Below, in pieces: positions 54,495-54,630 of a DNA stretch of 54,630 bases (its first letter is position 1; each line of letters begins with the position of its first letter). Below the pieces are notes generated by a model that was given only the letters and a program-made list of their open reading frames with translations, did no database searches and had not been told where the DNA came from. The stretch comes from Parcubacteria group bacterium CG10_big_fil_rev_8_21_14_0_10_36_14. Lineage in GTDB: Bacteria > Patescibacteriota > Patescibacteriia > GCA-002772895. A program made the position numbers and the translations under genes. The stretch spans positions 1 through 54,630 of the forward strand of contig PFCS01000006.1 of assembly GCA_002772895.1 (NCBI GenBank). The letters are read 5' to 3'.

Positions 54495-54588
54495 CCGCCC
54501 ATTGTAGCGAAAGAAGCGAAGCGATTTCGCTACAACGTTTCGGCATATCTGATGTTTGCCGTAGCGTAGCGGAGGCAAATATGGGTGG
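54495..54588. other. nested inverted repeats (outer stem enclosing two hairpins)
   Basis: Outer pairing ccgcccat/atgggtgg. Inner 11-bp stem ttgtagcgaaa/tttcgctacaa (54502-54535) and 6-bp stem tttgcc/ggcaaa (54555-54579), both with agcg-rich loops. Confidence 0.5.
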
Positions 54589-54630
54589 AGGCTTTTGTAT
54601 AAAAGCCGTAACCAGACATGCCGTGTTATA

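Noticed and set aside
1-54630. CRISPR arrays, transposases, integrases, reverse transcriptases (DGR/retron), rRNA
   Set aside because: Reading both strands, I found no regularly spaced direct repeats and no ORF with recognisable motifs of these families.
1-54630. Alternative genetic code (UGA or UAA reassignment) as the explanation for the in-frame TAA at 45179
   Set aside because: TGA ends yidC, alaS and GT4. TAA and TAG end many conserved genes at the expected lengths. No other conserved gene shows an internal stop, so code 11 fits.

Overview
AT-rich, tightly packed bacterial chromosome segment, roughly 35-40% GC by hand-counted 60-nt lines. Standard code 11 applies: TGA, TAA and TAG all terminate conserved genes. 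No rRNA, CRISPR array, transposase, integrase or reverse transcriptase was seen, and there is one tRNA. Several traits suggest a reduced Patescibacteria/CPR-like genome (inference only): an archaeal-type UMP kinase, trimmed AlaRS, RpoA and PriA, Lys/Glu-rich tails on ribosomal proteins, and almost no Shine-Dalgarno (SD) sequences on housekeeping genes.

Gene order:
- 1-14.5 kb: clpP 3' end, M16 peptidase, PAP2 phosphatase, NDP-sugar pyrophosphorylase, mltG, small TM protein, DUF4015-like hydrolase, UvrD/PcrA helicase, two hidden mini-ORFs (-), pyrH, L10 leader, rplJ-rplL, rarA, PBP transpeptidase, murF, tRNA-Glu(CUC).
- 14.6-23.6 kb: methyltransferase, DAGK-like kinase (-), yidC, SPFH protein, metG, cvpA, mnmA, membrane hypothetical (-), alaS.
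- 23.7-33.2 kb: infA-rpmJ-rpsM-rpsK-rpsD-rpoA-rplQ-rplM-rpsI, then a glycan cluster (flippase, GT4, GT2, O-antigen-ligase-like) with two coupled orphan small ORFs.
- 33.2-42.6 kb (minus strand): fmt, def, priA-like, LigB/MEMO-like, secreted 4-repeat protein, GC-rich 2-gene cassette, clpB with a CIRCE operator.
- 42.7-54.6 kb: pyrD-like and pyrC, orphan genes (-), thpR, TagA-like GT, gltX, M23 peptidase, 440-nt structured spacer, ftsQ-like (-), alr (-), three orphan genes in two transcription units (-), cupin (-), nested hairpins at the window edge.

Most notable observations:
1. A sharply bounded ~54% GC two-gene lipoprotein/Cys-rich cassette at 38.95-39.89 kb, with its own host-like promoter and terminator.
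2. A short GC-rich hairpin element inserted in frame in three unrelated genes (mnmA, O-antigen-ligase-like, alr).
3. Orphan genes at 52.8-53.9 kb and 44.9-46.0 kb driven by consensus promoters and strong SDs, one interrupted by a single in-frame TAA.
4. Reduced core machinery: RpoA without the alpha-CTD, PriA without Walker A/B, and a short AlaRS.

All functional calls rest on motifs read from the translations. No database search was possible.
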